The notes: generated from the letters alone by a model not told the origin. Positions 1 to 9,929 are shown, counted from the stretch's first letter. The stretch is 26,765 bases of DNA from a virus (IMGVR_UViG_3300012890_000080:1-26765), one strand, 5' to 3'. Translations and numbers: made by a program.

Positions 1-66
1 CCTCCGGCGCTGCACATCGGAAAGGACCTCGCCGTCATTGTAACGCCTGGTCGTACCGTCAGTCAT
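1..66 (-). CDS. IS3-family transposase OrfA, N-terminal fragment (partial)
   Basis: ATG at 66 after GGAGTGAGG gives MTDGTTRRYNDGEVLSDVQRRR. The EVL..V.RRR pattern is typical of the start of IS2/IS426-like OrfA HTH proteins. It is not in the ORF track because it is truncated. Confidence 0.7.
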   Translation of the reverse strand, partial: MTDGTTRRYNDGEVLSDVQRRR

Positions 67-123
67 ATGCCTCACTCCTATCCAAGAGCGAAACCCTGTC
101 AGCTCAATTAGGGGGCCACCTCA
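1..123 (-). mobile_element. Left end of an IS3-family insertion sequence (IS2/IS426-like group), running off the window
   Basis: The minus strand from 123 reads TGAGGTGGCCCCCTAATTGAGCTGACAG, a TG-start end with a CCCCC...GACA pattern like IS2-group IRLs as I recall them. It is followed by an SD and an OrfA-like start, and it supplies the abrupt stop of the tail gene. Confidence 0.75.
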
Positions 124-1835
124 GTGTCCTTTACCGCATCAACGGCGTTCTGTGCGTTGTCCACGACGACCTTGGCAGGTTGTCCCGCAACAAGGGTGCC
201 TTCTGGCGCGCCGACAGTTGCGTAGTTCTCGGGCTTGCCGAGACCTGTGACGCCATCCCAGAGTGACGTTTGACCCGCACGTCCGGTGATCTTGTTGAGC
301 AGATTCTGTAGCGTGGTTTCATACTGCGCCCACTGCGCGAGGTAGGTTGCCCTATCGACTGGTGTGTTGGCGCTGTTGTCGTAGATGCTGGGCGTCAGGC
401 CGGTGACGTATGCCTCAACACTGTGCCATGCGGCATCGTAGGCGTTCCATTCGGCCTGGACGTTGTATGCACCATATTCGCCTTGCAGCTTTGTGTGGCG
501 GATGCGCTCGGCTTCAAGGCGGTCGATAACGCGGCGCTTGTCCGAACGGTCGAGGATGCCGTCTGCCAGCATCGCGTCGATTTCAGCTTTCGCGGCGGCG
601 GCGTCCGCGCTTGCTTGGTCTGCCTGCTCTTTGAGGTCTTCCAAGACCTCGTCGGCGGCAACGATCTTGCCCTCCAACTCGATCAGCTTGGGCGAGATGT
701 CGCTTTCGCTGTGGACGGTCCAGCAACGCTCGTAACCAACTTCCACCTTCCAGGTCGGATCGGTGACGTTGAGTTCGTTGATGGTCTGGACGAGAGGTTC
801 AGCCGTGCGATCGACACGCAGGTCGGTTGGAGCCTTTGCAACGCGATGACGGCCGCACTGCCAAACGCCGCTCTTGTCTGGGAAAATGTAGCCGCCCGCA
901 TCGAGCGCGGCTTGCTTGGCTGCATCCGCGACGGTGATCTGATCGGTAGCGTAGAACGACCACTGGAAGTCCAGCGCGCTCATGTCGCCAATTCGTTGCG
1001 GAGAAACACCAGCGGACTGGAGCAACATGGGAACGATGCCCGCGACGGTCATGGGTGCGACGCCGTTTAGGGAGCCTCCCAACACATCGGCGGTCAGCTT
1101 CTTGTCGGGGCGTCCACCAAGGCGGAACATGCCCAGGGCTTTGCAGGTAATCCACTCAGCGGGGACGAGGGTAGCAGCGGCCAAGTCGGCCCACGTGGCT
1201 ACGTCGCCCTTGCTCGGCACTAGTGCCTGCGCGAATTCATAAACTCGGGGAATGTCGGCAACGGATCCGTAGCCATGGACCTGATACACGAGCAGCGCGG
1301 TATCGACCTCGACGGGTGATACCATGCGCGCGTTGCCCAGGCAGTAAGGCTTGAGTGCCCCGCGCTTGCCCTCAGAACCCTCAGGACCACCAGTGCCCGC
1401 GTAACGCTTGCTGAGCAGCGGCTGGTCTAGCTGACCCTCTACGGTGCGGAGAGCAAGCTCAGCGGTGGTGCCTGTGCGGGCAAGGCCCGACAGGGTGCCG
1501 GTGAACCACTGGCGGTATTCGGCAAAGGGCTTGCTGGTCTCGCCAATCCAGAGAGTGACGGTTGCGCCTACCCAGGATAGCTTGTTCCACTCGCGATTGC
1601 CGTAACGCTGTCCGATACGGAAGTTCACGCTGCCCATGCTGATCGTCATGGGTCCGATTTCGCCGCAGCCTGCGCTGATCGCGAAATTGGGTGTCGGAAC
1701 CGAGGTGATTACGGGCAACCATTCGACGCCATCGACTTGAACGCCGTCACTGAGGACGGCTGCGAGGCTCATTCGGATTGTAGTTGGGACGCCGTTGTCG
1801 AGGGGCGATGCCTCCAGCAAGATGTTAAGGGCCAT
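108..1835 (-). pseudogene. Tail-tip / hub / host-specificity protein, C-terminally truncated by the IS insertion at 123/124
   Basis: 575 aa ORF, third gene after the tape measure, with a hub-like N-terminal part and a coiled-coil segment. Its last codons (EVAP*) are read from the IS terminal repeat. Confidence 0.65.
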
Positions 1836-1850
1836 GCCAATACTTATCGG
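1833..1850 (-). promoter_or_regulatory. Putative late promoter with leaderless start: CCGATAAGTATTGGCATG
   Basis: Identical 18-mer at 7596-7613 and 15861-15878; ATG lies 5 nt after TAAGTA. Confidence 0.7.
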
Positions 1851-1903
1851 CGTGGCCGGAGCCCCGTCGGGCTGCTAGGAGCGCGCCCAATCTAAAACGG
1901 GAC

Positions 1904-2596
1904 GTGCAGACAATGAAGGCGAGCGAGCCGCGCTCAACGTGGCGGCAAAATCTGATCGAGGCAGCTATTGGTGCGGCGGTTGCAACCGTTGTGTCCATTC
2001 TGGTCGTTGGACTGCTTAGGTCCGCGATTAAGCCTTCTGACGCGCTCGCATTCTTGGGTGCGGCTGTTGGTGCAGGGCTTGCTGTTCTCGGGGCGCTATG
2101 GGTGGAGCGTTGGAAACGGCAGGAGCAGGATCGACGGCAACAGGCAGTGCTTGTCGATGTGCTGTTCGAGTTTCGTGAGTTGGTTTGTCAGGCGACCAAC
2201 CGGGAGGAGCCGACAAAGGAGATACCCGCCGACATCAACCAGCGGTTCAACCTCCGTGGTAGGTTCATTGAAGAGACGGCTGCAATGGCCGAGACGCTGG
2301 AGCGTCAGCTGACTACCTTCGACCCGCCCAGCGGCATGATCCTTCGGACTGCTGTTCGCCTGCGCCGAGAGTTGCAGAAGCAGGAGTTCATGCGTGACCC
2401 GGAGGGGTATCGGATGTCGCACAATGAGAACCGTCTGGCCTTCATCCCAACCTACTATGGTTTGGCGAAAGCCCACGGGCCGGTGATACTAGAGGCAATC
2501 GACAACCTCGTTGGTGCGCTGCACTCCTACGGTATCGGGAAGATCGACTTGGAAGCAGGTGAGCGCAAGCCGAACCCGCCAATCGAAATCATGTAA
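1904..2596 (+). CDS. Hypothetical membrane protein (moron) with two N-terminal hydrophobic helices
   Basis: 230 aa ORF that fills the gap between two tail genes on the opposite strand. The start may be ATG 1913. Confidence 0.7.
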   Translation: MQTMKASEPRSTWRQNLIEAAIGAAVATVVSILVVGLLRSAIKPSDALAFLGAAVGAGLAVLGALWVERWKRQEQDRRQQAVLVDVLFEFRELVCQATNREEPTKEIPADINQRFNLRGRFIEETAAMAETLERQLTTFDPPSGMILRTAVRLRRELQKQEFMRDPEGYRMSHNENRLAFIPTYYGLAKAHGPVILEAIDNLVGALHSYGIGKIDLEAGERKPNPPIEIM

Positions 2597-2597
2597 C

Positions 2598-3344
2598 TCA
2601 GACCTCGAACAGGGTCATCTCCACGCGGAAACGCTCGCTAGTAACATCCACAGTTTTGGGATCATCGGCATTGCGGACGAGTGCGGCTTCAACCTGGATG
2701 CCGTCGCTCTCCGTCTGCGGGATGAACAGGAATGCGTTGTGCTTGCCCATGTTGAACAGGAAGGGCGACCACTCCCTGTAGAAGCTATCGCGAGCGATGT
2801 TGCCCACGTTGGCCTGCCACTTGAGACGAGTGCGAGCCTCGCCAACAGTCGTCCAACCGGGACCGTCATCAACGGTGGAGCCGCTGGTCGGGGTCTTTTG
2901 GGCATTGTTGTCGATGCCATCAACCTCGATGCGCTTGCCGACGATCACGCGGCTTACCTCAACCGTGCCGGTGCCACCGGATTGCAGGTCCACACGGACG
3001 TAACGCGCGGTGTAGGTCGAGGGCAGGGGAATGTAGGAGATTGCCTTGCCGACTGGCGGGATACCGCTCCAAGCTGGAACGGTCACGTCGAGCACGACGC
3101 CGCCACTCATGTCCAATGCAGAGCCGACGCGAACGCGAATGGTCTGGTCCGAGGTCAGGTTGTTCCCGATTGCTGCAACCGAGTTGAACGCCGCGCCTCC
3201 CATGTCGAAGGTGAGGCTCAGCGTTCCGGGTGCGCGGGCGACGAGGCCTGGTTCATCGAGCAGCACGCGGGACGCAGGCGCGTTCGCATCCGCATTGTTG
3301 GCGACGATGGTTGCGGGCAGGGCGGGGAGGAATACCGCGCTCAT
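2598..3344 (-). CDS. Putative minor tail / distal tail-tip protein
   Basis: 248 aa, beta-strand-rich (YTARYVRVDL). Its start overlaps the stop of the 114 aa gene, and it lies downstream of the tape measure. Confidence 0.65.
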   Translation of the reverse strand: MSAVFLPALPATIVANNADANAPASRVLLDEPGLVARAPGTLSLTFDMGGAAFNSVAAIGNNLTSDQTIRVRVGSALDMSGGVVLDVTVPAWSGIPPVGKAISYIPLPSTYTARYVRVDLQSGGTGTVEVSRVIVGKRIEVDGIDNNAQKTPTSGSTVDDGPGWTTVGEARTRLKWQANVGNIARDSFYREWSPFLFNMGKHNAFLFIPQTESDGIQVEAALVRNADDPKTVDVTSERFRVEMTLFEV

Positions 3345-3688
3345 TAGCGAACCCTCAGGACGCTGATGCCGGTGTTCAGGTCCACGTTGGCTACCTCAAA
3401 GGCCGTGAACGTCTCGCCGTTCAGGCCATCGGCAGGGCTGTAGATGTTGAAGCTGGGAGGTGCGCCAATGAAGTCATCGGGCAGATACAGCTTCTCGATC
3501 TCCAACTCGAAAACCCGCGTCGTGTCGCCAGCCGCCAACTCCTCGTCCACGCGGCGCAGCGCGCCTGCCATGTCCAAGTTGGTCACGATGTTGAGGATGC
3601 GCGCGTTGGAGAACTTCGCCTTGGTGTCGAGGTTTGACTTCTCCAGAGTGCGGTAGGAGTTGGTGACGAATGCAAGTTGACTGTCCAT
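3344..3688 (-). CDS. Small tail-associated protein
   Basis: 114 aa ORF immediately after the tape measure, preceded by TAAGTAGAGCATG. Confidence 0.65.
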   Translation of the reverse strand: MDSQLAFVTNSYRTLEKSNLDTKAKFSNARILNIVTNLDMAGALRRVDEELAAGDTTRVFELEIEKLYLPDDFIGAPPSFNIYSPADGLNGETFTAFEVANVDLNTGISVLRVR

Positions 3689-3698
3689 GCTCTACTTA
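3686..3698 (-). promoter_or_regulatory. Putative late promoter TAAGTAGAGCATG; its TAA is also the tape-measure stop
   Basis: TAARTA hexamer at 3693-3698, ATG 4 nt downstream. Confidence 0.55.
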
Positions 3699-6600
3699 CC
3701 AGTCTGCCACTAGACGCGCGTTATAGACCTGCAATCCATCGTCATTGCTGTAACCCAGCTTCGCGCTCAGGATGTTGTTCTGCTGCGCCAGTAGGACGTT
3801 CTGCTGCGCCAACAGATCGTTGGTCGTCTGCTGTCCAGCATTGTAGGCGTCCGTCTGGGCCTGCACCGCACTCACCACGTTGCCGTTGATACCGGCAGCG
3901 GAGTTGAAGTAGTTGGTCGCGTTATCCAGTGCGCCAGTAGTCGTGTTCTTCAATAGCGATACGATGTCCTGGTAGTCCTTGGTGTTAGTGCCGTAGACGT
4001 TGCCAGCCTTGCTGATGATCTCGCTCGCGAGGTCTGTGTAGGCGGTCTGGTCAACCGTCTTGCCTGCTGCAATGTCGGCCTGATATTGGCTCAGCTTGGA
4101 CAGGTTGGTAGTCAGCTGCGAATAATCGGAGACGCCACCGGCATCACCGTTCAGCTGATTGAGAATGTCCTGGAAGCCCGATACCTGCTCCTTGAGAGCC
4201 GCGTTGAGCTTCTTGCTGCGGTAATCCTCGAACTTGGCCATGTCCTCCGTTCCAGCACCAACCTGGAGCATGGTGGCCTTGAGAGCGTCGAGCGGCTTGA
4301 TGATGCCTTCAACGGCTGCGCCGACGGGGTCGATCAGGCTCTTGTAGTCCTGCATCGCGGAGGTCCAGTCCTTGGCAAACTGCACGGCGGCGTCTGCGCC
4401 CAGCGAACTGAGAGCACGCTGGATGATCGGAGCAAGCCCGGTGATCGCACCATCCTTGATGGCGTTCTCGACCGCATAAGCGATTGCCGCCTCCATGCCG
4501 TCCTTGCCGAAGTCGTGCAGGCCGTTTTTGGCTGCGCCCTTGAACTTGAGCGAACCGCTGTAGGCGTCATCACGAACGCGCCACTTGCCGTCATACTGGC
4601 CAATGGCAACGCTGTAGTTTCCTACCTTGCCGCCCAGCTGCGCTGCCAAATCTGCAAGGCTCTGCTGCACCGAACCAGCTGCGCCGCTTGCCGCTGCCTT
4701 CTGTGCGCTGCCACGACCGGACACAACTGCATCGCCTGCGCCTGTGAGGGACGCGGTGCCATACTTGGTCTTCTTGAGCAGGCCACCGATGAGGCCGCCG
4801 CCGATGCTGCCGATGATCGAACCGATTGGGCCACCAACCAAGCTGCCCAGGCTTCCACCAATCTGTGCGCCCAGCTTGCTCGACTTGATGCCGAGCGACT
4901 TCATCAGGCCGTCAGCCGCCGTGCCCATCTCCATACCGGCACCGGCCTTGGCGAGGCCCCTACCCAGGATGGATGCAAAGCCGCCCTGACCTGGATCGGT
5001 GAACATCTTCTTGAAGTCGCCGAAACCGGTGCTCAGGCTCTTGAGGGGATCGGAAAGCGCGCCCGTGAGACCCGAAGCGTTTGTGCGGCCCTGCTCGTTG
5101 TAACCCTCTTCGACTTTGCCTCCGAACAGCTTGCTGATGCCGCCGAACAGGCTGGAATCGCTGCTGGTGCCCTGAGAACGCAGGCTCTGTAGGACTTTCG
5201 CGAAACCCTGGATTGCCTCACCGAACTTACCCGAGAAGTTCTGTGCAATCTGGTCGATGGCGTCGATCCACCGCGTCTTGAAGTGCGTGGTTGCGTCCGT
5301 GGCTGCGTTGCTGATGCCTTTGATAGCTTCCTGGTATGCCTTCTCGACACCGGGCTTACCGCTGTTTTCCTTGTAGTAGGCGTCTGCCGCTTTTCGCTTT
5401 TCACCCAGATCATCCAGCGTCTTTTGTAGACCTGCTGACGGGCTGTATTCCTCAAGGACGCCCTTACCAGTTTCAATGAGTTGCTTATACTTGGCGCGTT
5501 GATCGTCCAGTCCCTTGTTTTGGTCTGCGATAGCTTGCGCGTCCGCGAGGTCTGTTCGCAGCTTGGCTTCTGCCGACTGGTATGCGGCGTCTTGTAGGTT
5601 TACACCGGCCTTCTGCGCGTCGGTGCGGAACTTGATTACACCCTTCTCGATTTCCAGCTGAGAGTCGGTGAGGCCACGACGCTTGCCATCGAGTAGGGCC
5701 TGTTGTTCAGCGAGGTCCAACTTGCGCTGTTCAGCCGATAGAAGCGCATCACTCAGGAACTTGCTGGTGCGCTGCGTCTGGAGGGCGTTGTTGATGCGCT
5801 CCTTTTCTTGATCGGTGATTGCGCGACCGGTGAGGCGCTGGAACTCCAGCTGCTTCGCGGTATCTGCACTTGTGGTGGCGAGATTCTTACCGGCACTGGC
5901 GGCGGCGCTCAGTGCGTCATAGGTTGCCTTCGCATCCTTGCTGTCGCCCTCCAGCTTCTTCCAGAAGTCGTCGATTTTCTCTGCGAGCTTTTCAGCCTCG
6001 CTCTTGCCGCCCTTCTTGTCCTTACCACCCGCCTTGTCCGGCTTTGCGTCGAACCCGGCGTCCAGCTTGGGCTTGGTGCGGTTGCGGCCTAGCAGGCGAC
6101 TGATTGCAGCATCTGCACCCTTTTCGTCGCCGTAAACTGCCTCTGCGCCCTTCCAAACGGCACCGCCCGCCTTCTGCGTGCTGACCATCTGTGGCTTGTT
6201 GAAGAGGGCAACGCCCTTCTTCCAGTCGCCGGTCAGGAAGGCCATGATGCCCGCACCCATGTCGCGGAACATCTTCATGATGTCGGAGACTGCGACCTGA
6301 AACAGCTTGGGCATCTCGCCCACAACGAACTTCACCGCGCGCAGAATGCCCACGATGCTGTTGCTCCAGCTGCGTCCGCCTTCCGCAAAGCCCGCCGTTA
6401 GGTCGCCCAGGAGTGATCCAAAGGACGAGCGCCACATCTCTGTGATGCTACCAACAAGGTTGCCGATGAAGCCCATGACAGAGCCGATGACGTTGCCGAG
6501 AACCTGCGCGCCCTCGCCAACGAGGTTGAACGCAACAGTGAGGCCGTCCATCAGCGTGATGGTTGAACCGGCACTATCAAAGCCAGCCCACATCCTCCCC

Positions 6601-7598
6601 AGGCCGTTGAGGACGTTGCCGACACCCTGGATGATGCCACCGAACAGGTTGCCGATCGACGCCATCAACGGAGTGATTGCGGCAATGCCGTTCGCAACTG
6701 ACTTAGCGATTTCCTTGATTGCGCCACCTAGTGCGCCACCACCGATCGCGGAAAGCATCTGCTGAGCGGCGTCACCGACGTTGGAGAATGCGCCCTTTAG
6801 CGTGTCCATCTGCTTGGCCATCGCGCCGCCAAAGGTCGTGTTACCGATCTTCTCCAGATACTTGGTGATCTCGGCGCTGTTTTTGCCAACCGTGGTGCTG
6901 ATGCCCTGGAAGGTGAACTTGACCTTATCGCCCTCAGTCTTCGACTTGATGCCGAATTCCTTGAGGCGTTCAAACTCACCAGTGGAGGCGTCCGCGACCG
7001 CCTCAATCATCTGGTTGAGGCTCTTGCCCATGGCTGCGGCAGTGTTGCCGAAGCTGGTCAGTCGGCTCTCTGTAGCCGCAAGACCGAGCATCCTGAGTTT
7101 TGTGAATGCAGCAATGGACTGGCCAAGATCGAAAGGCGTCTTAGCCGCGAACTGAACGAGGGCGGCGTAGCTTTCCTGCGCCTTGCTGCTGGACTTTGTG
7201 ACCGTCTCTAGCTGCGCCATCCACTGCTGGGTCTGCGCTGCTGCCTGGACAGCCGCGACACCGATAGCGCCAATGGCGATTGCTACGGTTCCCGCGATTG
7301 CACCCACCGGGCCAAGGCGCGAGAGGTTCGAGACGAGCCCGCCGACCTCAGGAATGGCGGATGCAGACTTGCTGCCGATCTCTTCAAGGACTTTGCCAAG
7401 CGTGCCACCATCGTTGGCGGCCTTCTTCACGCTCTGACCAACACGAGCGAAGCTGCCCGCCATGTTGTCGTTGGACGCACCCACGCGCTGACCACGCGAG
7501 ATGATGCTATCCAGAGCGCGGTTTACGTCATTAGCACCACGAGTGGCACCAGCGGGGTTGATGACGACATCAATTGCGGCGGCAAGGCTACTATCCAT
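3696..7598 (-). CDS. Tail tape measure protein
   Basis: 1300 aa, Ala/Gly-rich and helical, with the tape-measure N-terminal signature (QFAAKTPFDL...ADASTGEFERLKEFGI). It follows the tail chaperone genes. Confidence 0.95.
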   Translation of the reverse strand: MDSSLAAAIDVVINPAGATRGANDVNRALDSIISRGQRVGASNDNMAGSFARVGQSVKKAANDGGTLGKVLEEIGSKSASAIPEVGGLVSNLSRLGPVGAIAGTVAIAIGAIGVAAVQAAAQTQQWMAQLETVTKSSSKAQESYAALVQFAAKTPFDLGQSIAAFTKLRMLGLAATESRLTSFGNTAAAMGKSLNQMIEAVADASTGEFERLKEFGIKSKTEGDKVKFTFQGISTTVGKNSAEITKYLEKIGNTTFGGAMAKQMDTLKGAFSNVGDAAQQMLSAIGGGALGGAIKEIAKSVANGIAAITPLMASIGNLFGGIIQGVGNVLNGLGRMWAGFDSAGSTITLMDGLTVAFNLVGEGAQVLGNVIGSVMGFIGNLVGSITEMWRSSFGSLLGDLTAGFAEGGRSWSNSIVGILRAVKFVVGEMPKLFQVAVSDIMKMFRDMGAGIMAFLTGDWKKGVALFNKPQMVSTQKAGGAVWKGAEAVYGDEKGADAAISRLLGRNRTKPKLDAGFDAKPDKAGGKDKKGGKSEAEKLAEKIDDFWKKLEGDSKDAKATYDALSAAASAGKNLATTSADTAKQLEFQRLTGRAITDQEKERINNALQTQRTSKFLSDALLSAEQRKLDLAEQQALLDGKRRGLTDSQLEIEKGVIKFRTDAQKAGVNLQDAAYQSAEAKLRTDLADAQAIADQNKGLDDQRAKYKQLIETGKGVLEEYSPSAGLQKTLDDLGEKRKAADAYYKENSGKPGVEKAYQEAIKGISNAATDATTHFKTRWIDAIDQIAQNFSGKFGEAIQGFAKVLQSLRSQGTSSDSSLFGGISKLFGGKVEEGYNEQGRTNASGLTGALSDPLKSLSTGFGDFKKMFTDPGQGGFASILGRGLAKAGAGMEMGTAADGLMKSLGIKSSKLGAQIGGSLGSLVGGPIGSIIGSIGGGLIGGLLKKTKYGTASLTGAGDAVVSGRGSAQKAAASGAAGSVQQSLADLAAQLGGKVGNYSVAIGQYDGKWRVRDDAYSGSLKFKGAAKNGLHDFGKDGMEAAIAYAVENAIKDGAITGLAPIIQRALSSLGADAAVQFAKDWTSAMQDYKSLIDPVGAAVEGIIKPLDALKATMLQVGAGTEDMAKFEDYRSKKLNAALKEQVSGFQDILNQLNGDAGGVSDYSQLTTNLSKLSQYQADIAAGKTVDQTAYTDLASEIISKAGNVYGTNTKDYQDIVSLLKNTTTGALDNATNYFNSAAGINGNVVSAVQAQTDAYNAGQQTTNDLLAQQNVLLAQQNNILSAKLGYSNDDGLQVYNARLVADW

Positions 7599-7613
7599 GC
7601 CAATACTTATCGG
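7596..7613 (-). promoter_or_regulatory. Putative late promoter with leaderless start: CCGATAAGTATTGGCATG
   Basis: Identical to the copies at 1833-1850 and 15861-15878. Confidence 0.7.
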
Positions 7614-7619
7614 TGCCGC

Positions 7620-7949
7620 TTACTTGGACCGCTTCGCTGCCTTCGCCGCCTGACTTTTCATGTATGCTGCATCGACTGCTCTGATGACGTGCTCAAAGGC
7701 CTCTTGCTCAAGCAAGTCCATTTCTAGTCGCTCTGCAAACCAAACGATCTTGTCGCTGGGGATCGGACCGGAAGCCATGCCGATCTGGCGCATGGTCCCG
7801 AGTTCGTTAAAGCATTGGAGGTAGAACAGTCCGGTATGGGATAGCTTGGGACCCGCCTCGACTAGAGCCTGCGCCCATTGGGCTCCTGCGGCGGCGCAGT
7901 CGATAAAGTCGCTGCCGCCGCCGTCAAGCCAGTCGAGGTAGGTGATTAG
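7620..7949 (-). CDS. Tail assembly chaperone, -1 frameshift extension (lambda gpT analogue)
   Basis: The -1 frame is open for 110 codons (including the stop) from the slippery site to TAA at 7620-7622: LITYLDWLDGGG...FNELGTMRQIGMASGPIPSDKIVWFAERLEM...HVIRAVDAAYMK. It has no start of its own near the 5' end and is absent from the ORF track. Confidence 0.85.
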   Translation of the reverse strand, partial: LITYLDWLDGGGSDFIDCAAAGAQWAQALVEAGPKLSHTGLFYLQCFNELGTMRQIGMASGPIPSDKIVWFAERLEMDLLEQEAFEHVIRAVDAAYMKSQAAKAAKRSK

Positions 7950-8386
7950 TTTTTTGCGTCGTCGTCCTTGGCCGCGCGAGGATCGTGCTTGAAGTTCGCC
8001 TTGTTGTTCGCGAACTCTGCCAGAGCCTTGAAGAAACTGTCGTCGTCCTCTTCTGTATCGTAGAGAAGGGCCATCGCGTTCTCGCGGGTGAACGGAACTT
8101 CCTTGCCGTCTTCATCCTTCACGCCAGACCAGCCATGTAGGCAGGTGCTGATGAAGGTGTAAACGCCGCGCTCGTCTGCGCTCTCGATTGCATCGAGGGC
8201 TTCCTTGTTCTCGCGACCAAAACGCTCAAGGCCGACACGAACGAACTTGCTGTCCAGATTGAACAGCGACAGGTTGAAGGTGCCGTAAGAATTGCCCTCG
8301 TCATCCTTGTAGGTGAAGGGGATGCCAGTCTTCGCGACTGCAACGTCATAGTTGGTAGGCTTACGGAACTTGATAGGCTTTGTCAT
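7946..8386 (-). CDS. Tail assembly chaperone (lambda gpG analogue)
   Basis: 146 aa from ATG 8386 with SD AGGAGA. It has the GWSGVKDEDGKEVPFTRENA motif typical of tail chaperones and lies between the tube and tape measure genes. Confidence 0.85.
   Translation of the reverse strand: MTKPIKFRKPTNYDVAVAKTGIPFTYKDDEGNSYGTFNLSLFNLDSKFVRVGLERFGRENKEALDAIESADERGVYTFISTCLHGWSGVKDEDGKEVPFTRENAMALLYDTEEDDDSFFKALAEFANNKANFKHDPRAAKDDDAKN
7949..7955 (-). other. Programmed -1 frameshift slippery heptamer A AAA AAC
   Basis: GCA AAA AAC TAA at the end of the chaperone gene fits the X XXY YYZ pattern. Confidence 0.85.
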
Positions 8387-8411
8387 AGATGTTGTCTCCT
8401 CTAAGATAACG

Positions 8412-8422
8412 CCCCTATTTAG
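8412..8422 (-). promoter_or_regulatory. Putative late promoter CTAAATAGGGG (leadered)
   Basis: Identical 11-mer at 9484-9494 and 12093-12103. Confidence 0.65.
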
Positions 8423-8442
8423 CGAGACAGCATTCATGGGAA

Positions 8443-8466
8443 TGGCGTGCCCTTGCGGACACGCCA
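8443..8466 (-). terminator. Stem-loop after the tail tube gene (TGGCGTGTCC-GCAA-GGGCACGCCA)
   Basis: 10 bp stem with one G-U pair on the minus strand and a GNRA loop. The U-tract is weak, so it may be a 3' stabiliser rather than a strong terminator. Confidence 0.6.
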
Positions 8467-8495
8467 CCCTGTGAGAAGCCGTTAGGAGAGGAGAC

Positions 8496-9431
8496 TTACA
8501 GCTTCTCGACAACTAGACCCGCGCGGGTCGTTTCATCGAAGTGCGCGGTGAAAGAGAGATTGATGAGCAGACCAGTATCGCCAAGCTCGTCAGTTGGGCT
8601 GGTGCAAACTGCTGCTGGCAGCGTGAAGCGGTAGCCCGAACCAGCGTGGGTGATCTCGAACTTGACCTCGACTGGTGTGCCGTTGATCAGAGCGTCAACA
8701 GCGAAGTCCTTGCGGAAACCCTTGAGGCTCAGAGTGGTTTCACGATTGCCGGTCTTGGCCATGCTGGTAGCAGCCTGCTTGCCGAACACGAGACGCAGAT
8801 CGCGCGCAACACCGGTTGCGAACTCCAGTCCGGTATATTCCAGGCTCTGACCAGCGACAGTGATGTTCTTCACGTCGATGTAGTTGAAGCCGGTGCCGCC
8901 CGCCGCCGTGACGGCCAGTGGGTGATCTGCGTTTAGCTTGGTGCGCTTGGTGCCCATGACGTCGAAGGAGACGTTGACGCCTTCCTTAGCAGTCGCGTTG
9001 ATCGACATCTTGGAGCAGGCGAGACCCGCATCCTGGTAGCCGAGGAAGCTGGTGCCAGCCACGCCGCCCTTGTCGGTCAGCTTGTTGATGAGGGAAAAGT
9101 AGACATCCTCTTCACCACCAAAGGCGATGCCGGTCGAACCGTCGAAGCGGCCCGCGATTGCGCTCTGCATGAGCAGGTCGATCGCTGGGCACTCGCGCAG
9201 GCGCATACCGAGAGAACCGGACGAGCTTTCGTGACCATTGGTAGGCGCAGCGGTTTCCAGGTGCGGACGCTGAGTGTTGTCCGCGATCTGGTTGATCGTG
9301 GAAGTGAGGGGAGCCTGACCGGCATCCACGGGAAGATCGTGACGCACGCCGGTAGTTGGCGTGACACCGAATTCTACTTCCTCGATGACCGAGTAGGCCA
9401 TGCCGTTCTGATTGATGTAATTCGTCGCCAT
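8496..9431 (-). CDS. Major tail (tube) protein
   Basis: 311 aa from ATG 9431 with SD GGAGG. The EEVEFGVTP N-terminal motif and YRFTLP...F.A..D C-terminus resemble siphophage tube proteins, and the position fits. Confidence 0.85.
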   Translation of the reverse strand: MATNYINQNGMAYSVIEEVEFGVTPTTGVRHDLPVDAGQAPLTSTINQIADNTQRPHLETAAPTNGHESSSGSLGMRLRECPAIDLLMQSAIAGRFDGSTGIAFGGEEDVYFSLINKLTDKGGVAGTSFLGYQDAGLACSKMSINATAKEGVNVSFDVMGTKRTKLNADHPLAVTAAGGTGFNYIDVKNITVAGQSLEYTGLEFATGVARDLRLVFGKQAATSMAKTGNRETTLSLKGFRKDFAVDALINGTPVEVKFEITHAGSGYRFTLPAAVCTSPTDELGDTGLLINLSFTAHFDETTRAGLVVEKL

Positions 9432-9483
9432 TTTTGCGGCCTCCAATTAGAATTGAACTGGAGCCGCTACTGTCTGCGCTCCT

Positions 9484-9494
9484 CCCCTATTTAG
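9484..9494 (-). promoter_or_regulatory. Putative late promoter CTAAATAGGGG (leadered)
   Basis: Intergenic repeat motif upstream of the tail tube gene. Confidence 0.65.
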
Positions 9495-9521
9495 TGGGCG
9501 GCTACGTGTCTTAGTCGTAAG

Positions 9522-9929
9522 TCAGGCCTTCTTGCGAAGACTCTCGAACGCAAAACGAATAGTGTGTTGGTAGATTCCTTCTTTTTCATTGTCCGTCATG
9601 TTGCGAGACATGCGGCCGATCTGGATCGCGCCATCATCACTGCGCCAATCGCCGAACAGATTGTCGAAGCGTTCGATCAACTCGTCTCCACCGTTTGCGC
9701 CAAGAGCCTTGGGCACGAACACCTGGAGGTAGACGCCTCCAAGCTGTAGCCGCTCGGGATTGTCGCCAATGGTCGCGCGGTCGCGCTCGCCAAGAGACAC
9801 AGAGAAGCGGCACCAGGGCTTTGTCTTGTCCACAATCGGAGCGGGCTTATTCAGCGTGAGCACCTGATTGGACTTGGTATCAAAGGCCGTCTTGAAGCGA
9901 GCAGTCAGCTGGGTTTCATCTAGATTCAC
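9522..9929 (-). CDS. Tail terminator-like protein (DUF4128-like)
   Basis: 135 aa with PWCRFSV...GGVYLQVFVPK..G motif, directly upstream of the tube gene; GTG start with GGAGG SD. Confidence 0.75.
   Translation of the reverse strand: MNLDETQLTARFKTAFDTKSNQVLTLNKPAPIVDKTKPWCRFSVSLGERDRATIGDNPERLQLGGVYLQVFVPKALGANGGDELIERFDNLFGDWRSDDGAIQIGRMSRNMTDNEKEGIYQHTIRFAFESLRKKA

Noticed and set aside
1839-1846. Match of TAAGTATT to the baculovirus very-late promoter
   Set aside because: The context is a bacterial tailed phage, so I treat the short match as coincidence.
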